DNA from: Okeania sp.
Lineage (GTDB): Bacteria > Cyanobacteriota > Cyanobacteriia > Cyanobacteriales > Microcoleaceae
Assembly: GCF_035285525.1 (NCBI RefSeq)
Contig: NZ_JAYKGW010000089.1
Coordinates: forward strand, 1 to 17,090
Length of the DNA: 17,090 bases
Direction: 5' to 3'
Shown piece after piece: positions 1 to 7,283 of this stretch. The position numbers and the translations under genes are program-made. Under the pieces are notes generated by a model. It searched no databases. It was not told the origin of the DNA and was given only the letters and a program-made list of their open reading frames with translations. Position 1 is the first letter of the stretch, and each line of letters begins with the position of its first letter.

Positions 1-35
1 GAACCCATTTGGGGTCTTTACACGCATTGAGGATT

Positions 36-63
36 GGGAGTCAGGAGACAGGAGACAGGAGTC
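36..63. repeat. Short tandem heptamer array (GGGAGTC, AGGAGAC x2, AGGAGTC)
   Basis: Direct reading shows four consecutive 7-nt units. Confidence 0.8.
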
Positions 64-122
64 AAGAAATCGAGAAGTAAAATAGGGAAAAAAGTATAAA
101 AATAGTTCTATTATGCACCATC

Positions 123-204
123 TCCCCTACTCCCCTACTCCCCTACTCCCCTACTCCCCTACTCCCCCCTGTTCCCTGTTCCCTGTTCCCTGTTCCCTGT
201 TTTT
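123..204. repeat. STRR-type arrays: octamer TCCCCTAC x5 (123-162), then heptamer TGTTCCC x4 (170-197)
   Basis: Direct reading. The last degenerate unit TGTTTTT (198-204) overlaps the TTA (TAA stop on the minus strand) at 203-205. Confidence 0.95.
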
Positions 205-1669
205 AAGGATCAATAGGTACAAAGTCATACCCAGAACCAGTGTTCTGCACTTCCACTAACTGAATATCACCATCATAGTCCCCAGTATCTAAAAATTTAA
301 CAGTTGCAAACGCTCCAGGTGAAGAAAAATCTGATGATAATTTCTCCTGAACACCTTCACGAGTTGGTTCAGTTTGATCATTAATTGCTTTCGCCAGAGC
401 GATAGTTGCATCATAGGCAGTAATAGTTCGCCAGCTCACTTGTGAAGTTCCCCAAAGTTTTTGAGCGCGATTGAGAAAATCTGAGTTTTGGTTATTTGCA
501 TCAATGTGCCATGCTACTGCTACAATTATTCCTAAAGCATTTTGATCTTGCTCAATAGTTTTGGAAGAATAGACAGCATCTCCAGCTACTATTGGGAACC
601 TTCTTTTGTTAACCCGGACTATTTCCAAGGCTTTACTTAAATCACCAGAAGTTGGAGCTAGCACTACTAACAAATTTTCTGAATCTTTATCTTTTTCTGC
701 TTCACTGAGAACATTAGCTGCTTTCTCCCCCCAGTCTGAAGAGTCATCGTCTAACCATTTAGATAGATCGCAATTATCGTCATCCGCCAGAATAATATTC
801 GAGTTTCCAAATTCATTCCTAAATTTTTCTCTTAGTGATTTGCTGTAGTCATTATCTGAGTTATAAAACACTACCGCTTTTTCTACGTCTAACTTATCTT
901 TAGCATATCTGACTAAAGCTTCTGCAGCCACTTTATCACTCGGTACAGTACGAAAAAAATAAGGAGTACCTGTCAAAGAAACAGAGGTACTGGTAGGAGA
1001 AATATATACAAGTTGAGAATTTTTATACATATCCGCTACTGCTTTAGAAGCTTCACTTGAGTAATGTCCAACCACTCCCAGTATTTCTTTTCTCTTCCCT
1101 AACTCTGTGGCAACTTTTTTCGCAGTTTCTGCATCATTATCATAGATTGTATCATTATCATCACTAGCAATTGCTATCTTCAGCATTGCTCCATTTCCTC
1201 TTAAATCATTATTCTTCTGGTTCCAGTCATACTGAGCATGGGCAACTCCACGCAAAACTTCCAAAGACTTGGGTAACTCACTGCTGAATGGCATAGATAC
1301 AGCTATTGTAGAGGGCTTTTTAATTTTTTCAATTTCTAGGTTATTCAGAAAAATTCGAGCTTCTGGATCGTTAGGTTCAGATTTCAAGTAATCAGTTAAA
1401 ATTCTGATGGCAGTATCAAATTGCCCATTCGTTATTGCAATAACTGCTATTTCTCTTTGAGGATTAAAGCTCTCTTTAGGAGGTGCTAAAGATTTTTCTC
1501 CAAATGTAATCCGCTCTGAAATATTGCTACTATTATCTGAAAGAGTTTCACCATTATCTGGAATAGTCTTACTACTTGATTGAGTATTAGAATCACAAGC
1601 AGCGACGCTAAAGACTATGAAACTAAGGAGTATCAGTCTTAGCAGTTTAATTCGTAATATTCTGTTCAT
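203..1669 (-). CDS. Lipoprotein, type-1 periplasmic solute-binding protein (LivK / branched-chain amino-acid-binding-like fold) with an N-terminal TPR-like segment
   Basis: 488-aa ORF. The N-terminus MNRILRIKLLRLILLSFIVFSVAAC looks like a signal peptide with a lipobox-like VAAC. There is a TPR-like helix pair (GQFDTAIRILTDYLKSEPNDPEARIFLNN). The body has PBP type-1 hallmarks (LGVVGHYSSEASKAV, YISPTSTS, FFRTVPSD, KAVVFYNSDNDYSKSLREKF). Confidence 0.8.
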   Translation of the reverse strand: MNRILRIKLLRLILLSFIVFSVAACDSNTQSSSKTIPDNGETLSDNSSNISERITFGEKSLAPPKESFNPQREIAVIAITNGQFDTAIRILTDYLKSEPNDPEARIFLNNLEIEKIKKPSTIAVSMPFSSELPKSLEVLRGVAHAQYDWNQKNNDLRGNGAMLKIAIASDDNDTIYDNDAETAKKVATELGKRKEILGVVGHYSSEASKAVADMYKNSQLVYISPTSTSVSLTGTPYFFRTVPSDKVAAEALVRYAKDKLDVEKAVVFYNSDNDYSKSLREKFRNEFGNSNIILADDDNCDLSKWLDDDSSDWGEKAANVLSEAEKDKDSENLLVVLAPTSGDLSKALEIVRVNKRRFPIVAGDAVYSSKTIEQDQNALGIIVAVAWHIDANNQNSDFLNRAQKLWGTSQVSWRTITAYDATIALAKAINDQTEPTREGVQEKLSSDFSSPGAFATVKFLDTGDYDGDIQLVEVQNTGSGYDFVPIDP

Positions 1670-1767
1670 AAATAAAAATTCAGATCAAAGTCAATTAATA
1701 TTCGTTTTAAGGAGAATTAAATTATGCAAAAAAAAAGAAGTTGACAGATTTGGTAACTCTCTTCAGA

Positions 1768-3189
1768 TCATAATTTACAGCCAGCAACCTTAGTTAAAAT
1801 GAAAATTTTATTTTCATAGTTACTGGTGGGATGTCCGTTGGGGAGATGTCCCTTGGGAGCATCTATCGTAAACTTCAGGTTCTCCTCCTGCAAGAGGTAG
1901 CCATTACCATCCTCATCTGTACCTGTTTTCCATCCTACAGCGATCGCGAACCGTCGCAAAGCCCGAACATCTTCATCTCTCACAGCTTTCAGGGTATCCC
2001 CATTTTCTTGAATCACCTCAAGTTGAGAAGTGTAGCCAAATTTACCGTTCGATCTTTCTCTCCAAATTTGATTTATTCGTTGCAAATCTGAGCAAGAAAA
2101 ATTATTTGCCTCTTCTTTAGATATGTAAGAATAATTTCCATCTCGATCGCCAACTTGGTTAATTAATTGCCAATTTTGTTGATCTGCTTTGCGCCATTTT
2201 CCTGCTGCTGCGAAATCATCCAAATGCTTGTACATTGCTTCCACATCTTTTCCCACTCCTGCTTCCATGACTCCTTTTGAGAATATAGAAGTAAGAATTA
2301 CAAAAGCAAGAACACCGAAAGCAATAATACCAGAAAAAATTCCCAAACGTTTCATAGAAACAGGGGTTTTACCTATATTCTTTAATTCGGTTATCACTTC
2401 ATCAACATTTTGATAGCGACTTCTCCAGTCATACAATACCATTTTATCCAGAATCAGAGCCAAATCCTTACTCACATCAACTTGGTTTTTCCAAATAATT
2501 TCACCAGTGGATGGATTTTCGGGAAACTTATTTACCCGCATTCCAGTTAATGCCTCAATAGCGATCATTCCTACAGCATAAATATCACTACAAAATTTAG
2601 GTTTACCTGCTGCTTGTTCGCTAGGCATATATCCAGGAGTTCCTATTACCATTGTTGTCATTGTATGACCTCCACTGGTTACAGTTAATCCTTTAATTTC
2701 TTTAACTGCCCCAAAATCTATCAAAACAATTTTGCCATCAGATTTTCTCCGCATAATATTCTCAAGTTTTAAGTCACGATGAATTACATTTTGCTGATGT
2801 ACATATTTTAAAACTTCTAAGATTCCAATTAATAGTTTAATAGTCTCATTTTCGGTAAACTTTTTATTAGGATCGATCTCTTTTGTTAAGTTATTTTCTG
2901 CAACAAATTCTTGTATTAAATAAAATTGTCCTGCCTCTTCAAAATAGTCAAAAAACGTAGGTATCTGATTATGTTTACCCAAGTTTTTTAAAGCTTTTGC
3001 TTCTTTTTCAAATAAACGTTTAGCAAGTTGAAAAACTTCAGGTCGCTGGTCTAATGGAGTTAGTTGTTTAACCACACATTGAGGATGATGAGAATGGGAT
3101 AAATCAATTGCTAGGTAAGTAGTTCCAAAATTACCTTGTCCTAACTGAGATTTAATTTGATAACGATTCCTAAGTATTCTGTTAATCAT
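1768..3189 (-). CDS. Hanks-type Ser/Thr protein kinase, single TM, C-terminal GUN4-like domain
   Basis: Kinase motifs are present: GQGNFGTTY, VVKQL, HRDLKLENIM, DFG, GTPGYMPSEQ. One hydrophobic helix is seen (LGIFSGIIAFGVLAFVILTSIF). The C-terminal region matches the GUN4 domain pattern (AAGKWRKADQQ, FSCSDLQRINQIWRERSNGKFGYTSQ, FTIDAPKGHLP). Confidence 0.9.
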   Translation of the reverse strand: MINRILRNRYQIKSQLGQGNFGTTYLAIDLSHSHHPQCVVKQLTPLDQRPEVFQLAKRLFEKEAKALKNLGKHNQIPTFFDYFEEAGQFYLIQEFVAENNLTKEIDPNKKFTENETIKLLIGILEVLKYVHQQNVIHRDLKLENIMRRKSDGKIVLIDFGAVKEIKGLTVTSGGHTMTTMVIGTPGYMPSEQAAGKPKFCSDIYAVGMIAIEALTGMRVNKFPENPSTGEIIWKNQVDVSKDLALILDKMVLYDWRSRYQNVDEVITELKNIGKTPVSMKRLGIFSGIIAFGVLAFVILTSIFSKGVMEAGVGKDVEAMYKHLDDFAAAGKWRKADQQNWQLINQVGDRDGNYSYISKEEANNFSCSDLQRINQIWRERSNGKFGYTSQLEVIQENGDTLKAVRDEDVRALRRFAIAVGWKTGTDEDGNGYLLQEENLKFTIDAPKGHLPNGHPTSNYENKIFILTKVAGCKL

Positions 3190-3317
3190 TTTTTTTTGGA
3201 GAAAGTTAATTCTAATCTTTTACATCAACTTGTATAAGGTAGATTTCGTTTACTTAACAATCATTAAATTGGGAATTTTGACAGTTGATACACATCAAGA
3301 ATACTATCATAAATTAC

Positions 3318-3345
3318 TTTTGAATTTTGAATTTTGAATTTTGAC
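3318..3345. repeat. Heptamer array TTTTGAA x4
   Basis: Direct reading. Confidence 0.9.
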
Positions 3346-3369
3346 TTGGGGGTGGCGCTGCCTCATATT

Positions 3370-3413
3370 TTGCCAAAGGTCCAGTAGTGCGTTAGCGAAG
3401 CGTAACGCACCAA
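3370..3413. repeat. Small dispersed hairpin repeat (CCAGTAG-GTGCGTTA..TAACGCAC-CAA family)
   Basis: 8-bp stem GTGCGTTA (3387-3394) pairs with TAACGCAC (3403-3410). Related copies lie at 8905-8940, 11676-11705 and, inverted, at 3526-3611. Confidence 0.75.
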
Positions 3414-3525
3414 CTATCTTTCAATAGACCTCCAATAATAAAAACATAAAATCAATTTTCTTACAGAAATTATTAATTCTTTCTCTATAATTTCTACTCT
3501 CTTTTTTCTGGAAATATCTAATCTT

Positions 3526-3611
3526 TCGGTGCGTTAAGCTTTCCTAGGGAATGCTGCGCAAACGCTTTTCATGTCGCGCAGCGAAACACACCCTACTGGT
3601 TACTCTGGCAA
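3526..3611. repeat. Inverted copy of the same hairpin repeat carrying a nested hairpin insert (GCTGCGC..GCGCAGC)
   Basis: The reverse complement reads ..CCAGTAGGGTGTGTTTCGC..TTAACGCACCGA. The internal stem is GCTGCGC / GCGCAGC. Confidence 0.7.
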
Positions 3612-3669
3612 AATAAGAACAAATCAATGATATATGTAAGTTAAAAAATCGTCCCTCAAATTAGCCAAG

Positions 3670-3690
3670 TTATCTAAAATTCTTAGATAA
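3670..3690. promoter_or_regulatory. Perfect 8-bp inverted repeat TTATCTAA-N5-TTAGATAA upstream of the aas-like gene (candidate operator)
   Basis: Direct reading. It lies 35-55 nt upstream of the ATG at 3725. An AGGAAG Shine-Dalgarno sits at 3713-3718. Confidence 0.2.
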
Positions 3691-3724
3691 TAGATTTGTC
3701 ACCAATAGTTTTAGGAAGTAGACA

Positions 3725-5698
3725 ATGACCACATCTACCCAATCTCCCTCCTCTCCCAACTCTTGGCAAATGAGCGATCGCGAACGTGCCAATCTCCAAA
3801 AAGTCACTCTCTATGACAATGTTCAATCTCTCCCAGAAATATGGCCTTTAGCTGCCCAATATTTCGGCAAAACTACTGCCCTATATGACCCCCACGCCAC
3901 ACCAGAAGTAAAATTTACCTACGAAGAACTCAATCAACAAATTCAAAAGTTTGCTGCTGGTTTACAATCCTTGGGGGTTGTACCCACAGACAACAACACA
4001 TCTCCACCGCCAAGAGTTGCCTTATTTGCTGACAATAGTCCCAGGTGGATGATAGCTGACCAAGGTATTATTATGGCGGGTGCAGCAGATGTAGTTAGAA
4101 GTGGCACTGCTGATGTAGAAGAATTGGTTTATATTCTTCAGAATAGTGGCAGTATTAGTTTGGTCGTCGAAAACTTGGCCCTGTTGCAGAAATTGAGCGA
4201 TCGCCTCCAAGACCTACCTATACATTTAGTTATTCTCCTATCTGAGGAAGACCCAAACCCTGACGGCAGTTTACCCGTAGTCAAATTTTCCCAAGTCATT
4301 GCCACAGGAGAAGACCGCTCCCTTAAACCAACCAATCAAAATCTGGAAACTCTCGCTACCCTACTCTACACTTCCGGAACTACAGGTAAACCCAAAGGAG
4401 TAATGCTCACCCACGGCAACTTGCTCTATCAAATCAATAGTATAGGTGCAATTTTACAACCAGAACCAGGAGAATGCACCTTAAATATATTACCAACATG
4501 GCATAGTTTTGGTAGAACAGGAGAATATTTTTTCCTCTCCCAGGGGTGTACCCAAATTTATACTAATAAGCGTTATCTAAAAAAGGATTTCCAAGAACAC
4601 AAACCCCACTACGTTATGAGCGTGCCCAGGATTTGGGAATTAATTTATGACGGAGTACAAAAACAACTACGGGAACAACCAGCAAATAAACAAAAATTAG
4701 CCAACTTTTTCTTCAATATAAGTCAGATGTATATTACATCTAGGCGTATTAGTCAAGGATTAGTTTTAAAACTTAACCAACCCTCTCTATTTGAGAAATT
4801 GTTGGCTACCTTAAAAAGTTGGGTATTATTACCTCTTCATATTTTGGGAGAAAAAATTGTCTATCAAAAAATCCGTCAAGCTACCGGAGGTCGGTTAAAA
4901 TTTGCTGTTAGTGGGGGTGGTTCCCTAGCAATGCACCTAGAAAATTTCTTTGAAGCAGTTGGTATAGATTTATTAGTTGGATATGGTTTAACCGAAACTT
5001 CCCCAGTTTTGACCGCTCGATACCATTGGCAAAATTTGCGGGGGTCTGCTGGCAGAAGTCTTCCGGGAACTGAGATTAAAATAGTAGAGCCAGAAACTGG
5101 CAAAACTTTACCTCCGGGAGAGAAAGGAATAGTTTTAGGGAAGGGTCCACAAATTATGGTTGGTTATTATCAAAATCCTGAAGCAACCAAAAAAGTTATT
5201 GACTCAGAGGGTTGGTTTAATACAGGCGATATTGGTTGGATGACTCCTAGAAATGATTTAGTCTTAACTGGACGAGCAAAAGATACAATTGTTTTGACTA
5301 ATGGGGAGAATATTGAACCTCAACCGATTGAGGATGCCTGTGCCCGGAGTCAATATATAGACCAAATTATGTTGGTGGGGCAAGACCAGAAATCTCTGGG
5401 GGCTTTAATTGTACCAAATGTTGAGGCTGTGCAGTTATGGGTTAATCAAGGTAAAACTTCAGAGTCATTACCACAAATTGACTGGAATAGTCAAGCAATT
5501 CAAGATTTGTTCCGTCAAGAATTGAATAGAGAGGTAAAAAATCGTCCTGGATATCGGCCAGACGATCGGATTGGATCATTTAGCTTGATTTTGGAGCCAT
5601 TTACAATAGAAAATGGCATGATGACCCAAACCATGAAGATTAAACGTCCTATTGTCACGGAGTATTACCGCGATATGATTAACGGAATGTTTAATTAA
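3725..5698 (+). CDS. aas: AMP-dependent long-chain fatty acid ligase, the cyanobacterial acyl-ACP synthetase (Aas) type
   Basis: 657-aa ORF with the AMP-binding signature LLYTSGTTGKPKGVMLTHGNL, plus GYGLTETSP and FNTGDIGW..LVLTGRAKD motifs. AGGAAG lies 6 nt upstream of the ATG. Cyanobacterial homologues of this ligase class have been shown to act as acyl-ACP synthetases. Confidence 0.85.
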   Translation: MTTSTQSPSSPNSWQMSDRERANLQKVTLYDNVQSLPEIWPLAAQYFGKTTALYDPHATPEVKFTYEELNQQIQKFAAGLQSLGVVPTDNNTSPPPRVALFADNSPRWMIADQGIIMAGAADVVRSGTADVEELVYILQNSGSISLVVENLALLQKLSDRLQDLPIHLVILLSEEDPNPDGSLPVVKFSQVIATGEDRSLKPTNQNLETLATLLYTSGTTGKPKGVMLTHGNLLYQINSIGAILQPEPGECTLNILPTWHSFGRTGEYFFLSQGCTQIYTNKRYLKKDFQEHKPHYVMSVPRIWELIYDGVQKQLREQPANKQKLANFFFNISQMYITSRRISQGLVLKLNQPSLFEKLLATLKSWVLLPLHILGEKIVYQKIRQATGGRLKFAVSGGGSLAMHLENFFEAVGIDLLVGYGLTETSPVLTARYHWQNLRGSAGRSLPGTEIKIVEPETGKTLPPGEKGIVLGKGPQIMVGYYQNPEATKKVIDSEGWFNTGDIGWMTPRNDLVLTGRAKDTIVLTNGENIEPQPIEDACARSQYIDQIMLVGQDQKSLGALIVPNVEAVQLWVNQGKTSESLPQIDWNSQAIQDLFRQELNREVKNRPGYRPDDRIGSFSLILEPFTIENGMMTQTMKIKRPIVTEYYRDMINGMFN

Positions 5699-5699
5699 T

Positions 5700-5770
5700 T
5701 AGGGAGTAGGGAGTAGGCAGTAGGGCAGTAGGGGAGGGAGTAGGGGAGTAGGGGAGTAGGGGAGTAGGTA
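5700..5770. repeat. Mixed GGGAGTA / GGGGAGTA tandem array starting 2 nt after the aas stop
   Basis: Direct reading. Confidence 0.9.
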
Positions 5771-5820
5771 GGGACGTTTTGCTGGGCAAAATGAAACGCA
5801 TTTTTGTTATGCAACGTCCC
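5771..5820. repeat. Hairpin repeat GGGACGTT..(34 nt)..AACGTCCC
   Basis: 8-bp perfect arms at 5771-5778 and 5813-5820. A related compact copy, GTAGGGAC-GTTGCATA-GTCCCTAC, lies at 10865-10888. Confidence 0.8.
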
Positions 5821-5960
5821 GACAGATTCAAGAGGAATAGGGAGTTATAGAGGAGTTACACGGTTCCGGATAAATCGGATTTCTCGGAAACCGTAAAATT
5901 ATCCCTTGCCTAACTATGCCCAACTCTTACCTAAATACTAAATTTTTCAGCCTTCTGAGG

Positions 5961-6042
5961 CAAAAATCTGGTACTTTTTTTGACCTAAAAATCCTCAAAC
6001 CTTTATCTATCAATGCTTCTATATTTAATCAGCTAGCCCTAA
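5961..6042. repeat. Dispersed ~80-bp repeat, copy 1 (..GGTACTTTTT..CTAAAAA..TTTATCTaTCAATgCTT..ATATTTAATCAGCtAGCCCTAA)
   Basis: It aligns by eye with 10998-11082 and 13721-13818. Confidence 0.75.
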
Positions 6043-6244
6043 TTAATTAGGGATTAGGGCAGAGCTTTTTATTTGTTTGCCTAAAATGGTAACTTTTTGC
6101 TAGTTTAGAACTACAAAAGGTTGCACTTTTTTTTGCTCCCAAAAGGCTACAGAATCTACAAATAAATCCTATTAGATTTTATCAGCAAACCCTAATTATT
6201 TTTGATTTAGTTTTTTGATCGAAATCATCTAAAATCAAACTAAT

Positions 6245-6279
6245 TAGGGAGTAGGGAGTAGGGAGTAGGGAGTAGTTAG
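6245..6279. repeat. Heptamer array TAGGGAG x4 plus a degenerate unit
   Basis: Direct reading. Confidence 0.9.
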
Positions 6280-6369
6280 GAGAAATAGGATTTAGAAATC
6301 CTAACCTTTGCTTCAACTGCTATGTTACCTCAAATGTACAAACAGAAATAAACTGAAACAGAAAATTTT

Positions 6370-6819
6370 ATGGAATATTCTCAAACACAATTACTTCTAA
6401 AGCGAGCAATTAATGTTAAAGTGGTTGTTACTCCACGTTGGAAAGAAGAAGCTCAACAACAATTGCAAGCTCAAATTAATAGTTTAGATAGCCAATTACA
6501 GCAGCTAGAAATGCAAGGACAAAAGGCAATTTCTGAAATTCAAAAGCAAAGTGTACAACCTCCAGGTCCCCAAATCAAACAGCAAATTGAAAATATTCAA
6601 TTGCAGGTAAATCAAAAGAAAAATGAACTTTTGGAGCAGAAAAATCAAGCTCTACAACAATTACAACAAGTACAATCATTAGAACTAGAACAACAAGTTA
6701 ATCAAGGTCAAATAGAAAGTGTATTTACGGCAGATATTGGAGATAATTTGGTCAAAAAAATGCAAGTAGAAATTCTGCTTCGGGATGGAGTAATTGAAGA
6801 AGTACGGGGTGATGTTTAA
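6370..6819 (+). CDS. YlqD-family-like coiled-coil protein (Gln-rich)
   Basis: 149-aa ORF. The N-terminal LLLKRAINVKVVVTPRWKEE, a long Q-rich heptad region and the C-terminal KKMQVEILLRDGVIEEVRG resemble YlqD architecture as I recall it. No Shine-Dalgarno is visible. Confidence 0.55.
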   Translation: MEYSQTQLLLKRAINVKVVVTPRWKEEAQQQLQAQINSLDSQLQQLEMQGQKAISEIQKQSVQPPGPQIKQQIENIQLQVNQKKNELLEQKNQALQQLQQVQSLELEQQVNQGQIESVFTADIGDNLVKKMQVEILLRDGVIEEVRGDV

Positions 6820-6904
6820 AAGAAAATTTATAAGTATTCAGCTATTAGCTACTAGCCTAAAAATTTGTGCCTAATTTATTTAGGTATCTTGATTGCGGAG
6901 TATT

Positions 6905-7190
6905 TCCAAACAGAAAAACTTGGGTTGAAATTTCTGACTCCTATAATTCTTATAATATTGAATTTTAGGAAGGGTTGAAATATCCTTCAGAAAAAAACCT
7001 GACCGCTGATTGGTGAACTGCTAAAGGCTTTCTTATATGATATTGAATTTGAGAAGGAGTTGAAATCCTCTTGTCAAAAAAAGCTGACTGCTGATTGCTG
7101 AACTACTGAAGGCTTTCTTCTATGATATTGAATTTGAGAAGGAGTTGAAATCCCCTTCTCAAAAAAGCTGATTTCTGAAGTCTTTAAATA
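6905..7190. repeat. 85-bp tandem repeat, about 3.5 units
   Basis: The anchor ATATTG occurs at 6955, 7040 and 7125, an exact 85-nt period. Units A (6955-7039) and B (7040-7124) are full length. Unit C (7125-~7190) has an ~18-20 nt internal deletion. A shortened unit lies at 6905-6954. Each unit has an imperfect hairpin around TTGAAAT. Confidence 0.9.
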
Positions 7191-7283
7191 GCCTTTAGAT
7201 ATTATCTTTCTACTTCAATAGTAGTCAGCTAATAGCTAATTCCATTTACAAATTTGCTCGAAAAAAAACGAAGGAAAACTAAC

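Noticed and set aside
606-848. 80-aa plus-strand ORF from the track. The same applies to 1831-2091, 2189-2413, 4022-4210, 4138-4335, 4876-5103, 7229-7741, 7506-7916 and 7531-7719.
   Set aside because: All lie entirely within, and antisense or out of frame to, long ORFs with clear family motifs. They have low-complexity or odd composition and no recognisable motifs, so they are most likely shadow ORFs.
1642-3189. The kinase and the binding protein both begin M(I)NRILR and share AACAGAATA at the DNA level.
   Set aside because: Only about 10 nt are shared, and there is no extended similarity. This is most likely coincidence.
5865-5899. TCCGGA (the heterocyst-type DIF motif) followed by TAAAAT.
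   Set aside because: The spacing between the two hexamers is 23 nt, too long for a -35/-10 pair. The motif also sits inside a hairpin of a dispersed repeat.
6905-7190. Possible CRISPR array, because each unit contains a GTTGAAAT-like hairpin.
   Set aside because: The inter-hairpin segments are homologous between units, so there are no unique spacers. The period is a fixed 85 nt, and there are no cas genes. It is a plain tandem repeat.
7254-7283. TTG start extending the E2 ORF by 10 codons (MLEKKRRKTN).
   Set aside because: The lipoyl domain begins right at MINDIFMPALSSTM. ATG 7284 has an AAGGAAAA upstream, and the extension is encoded by an A-rich leader.
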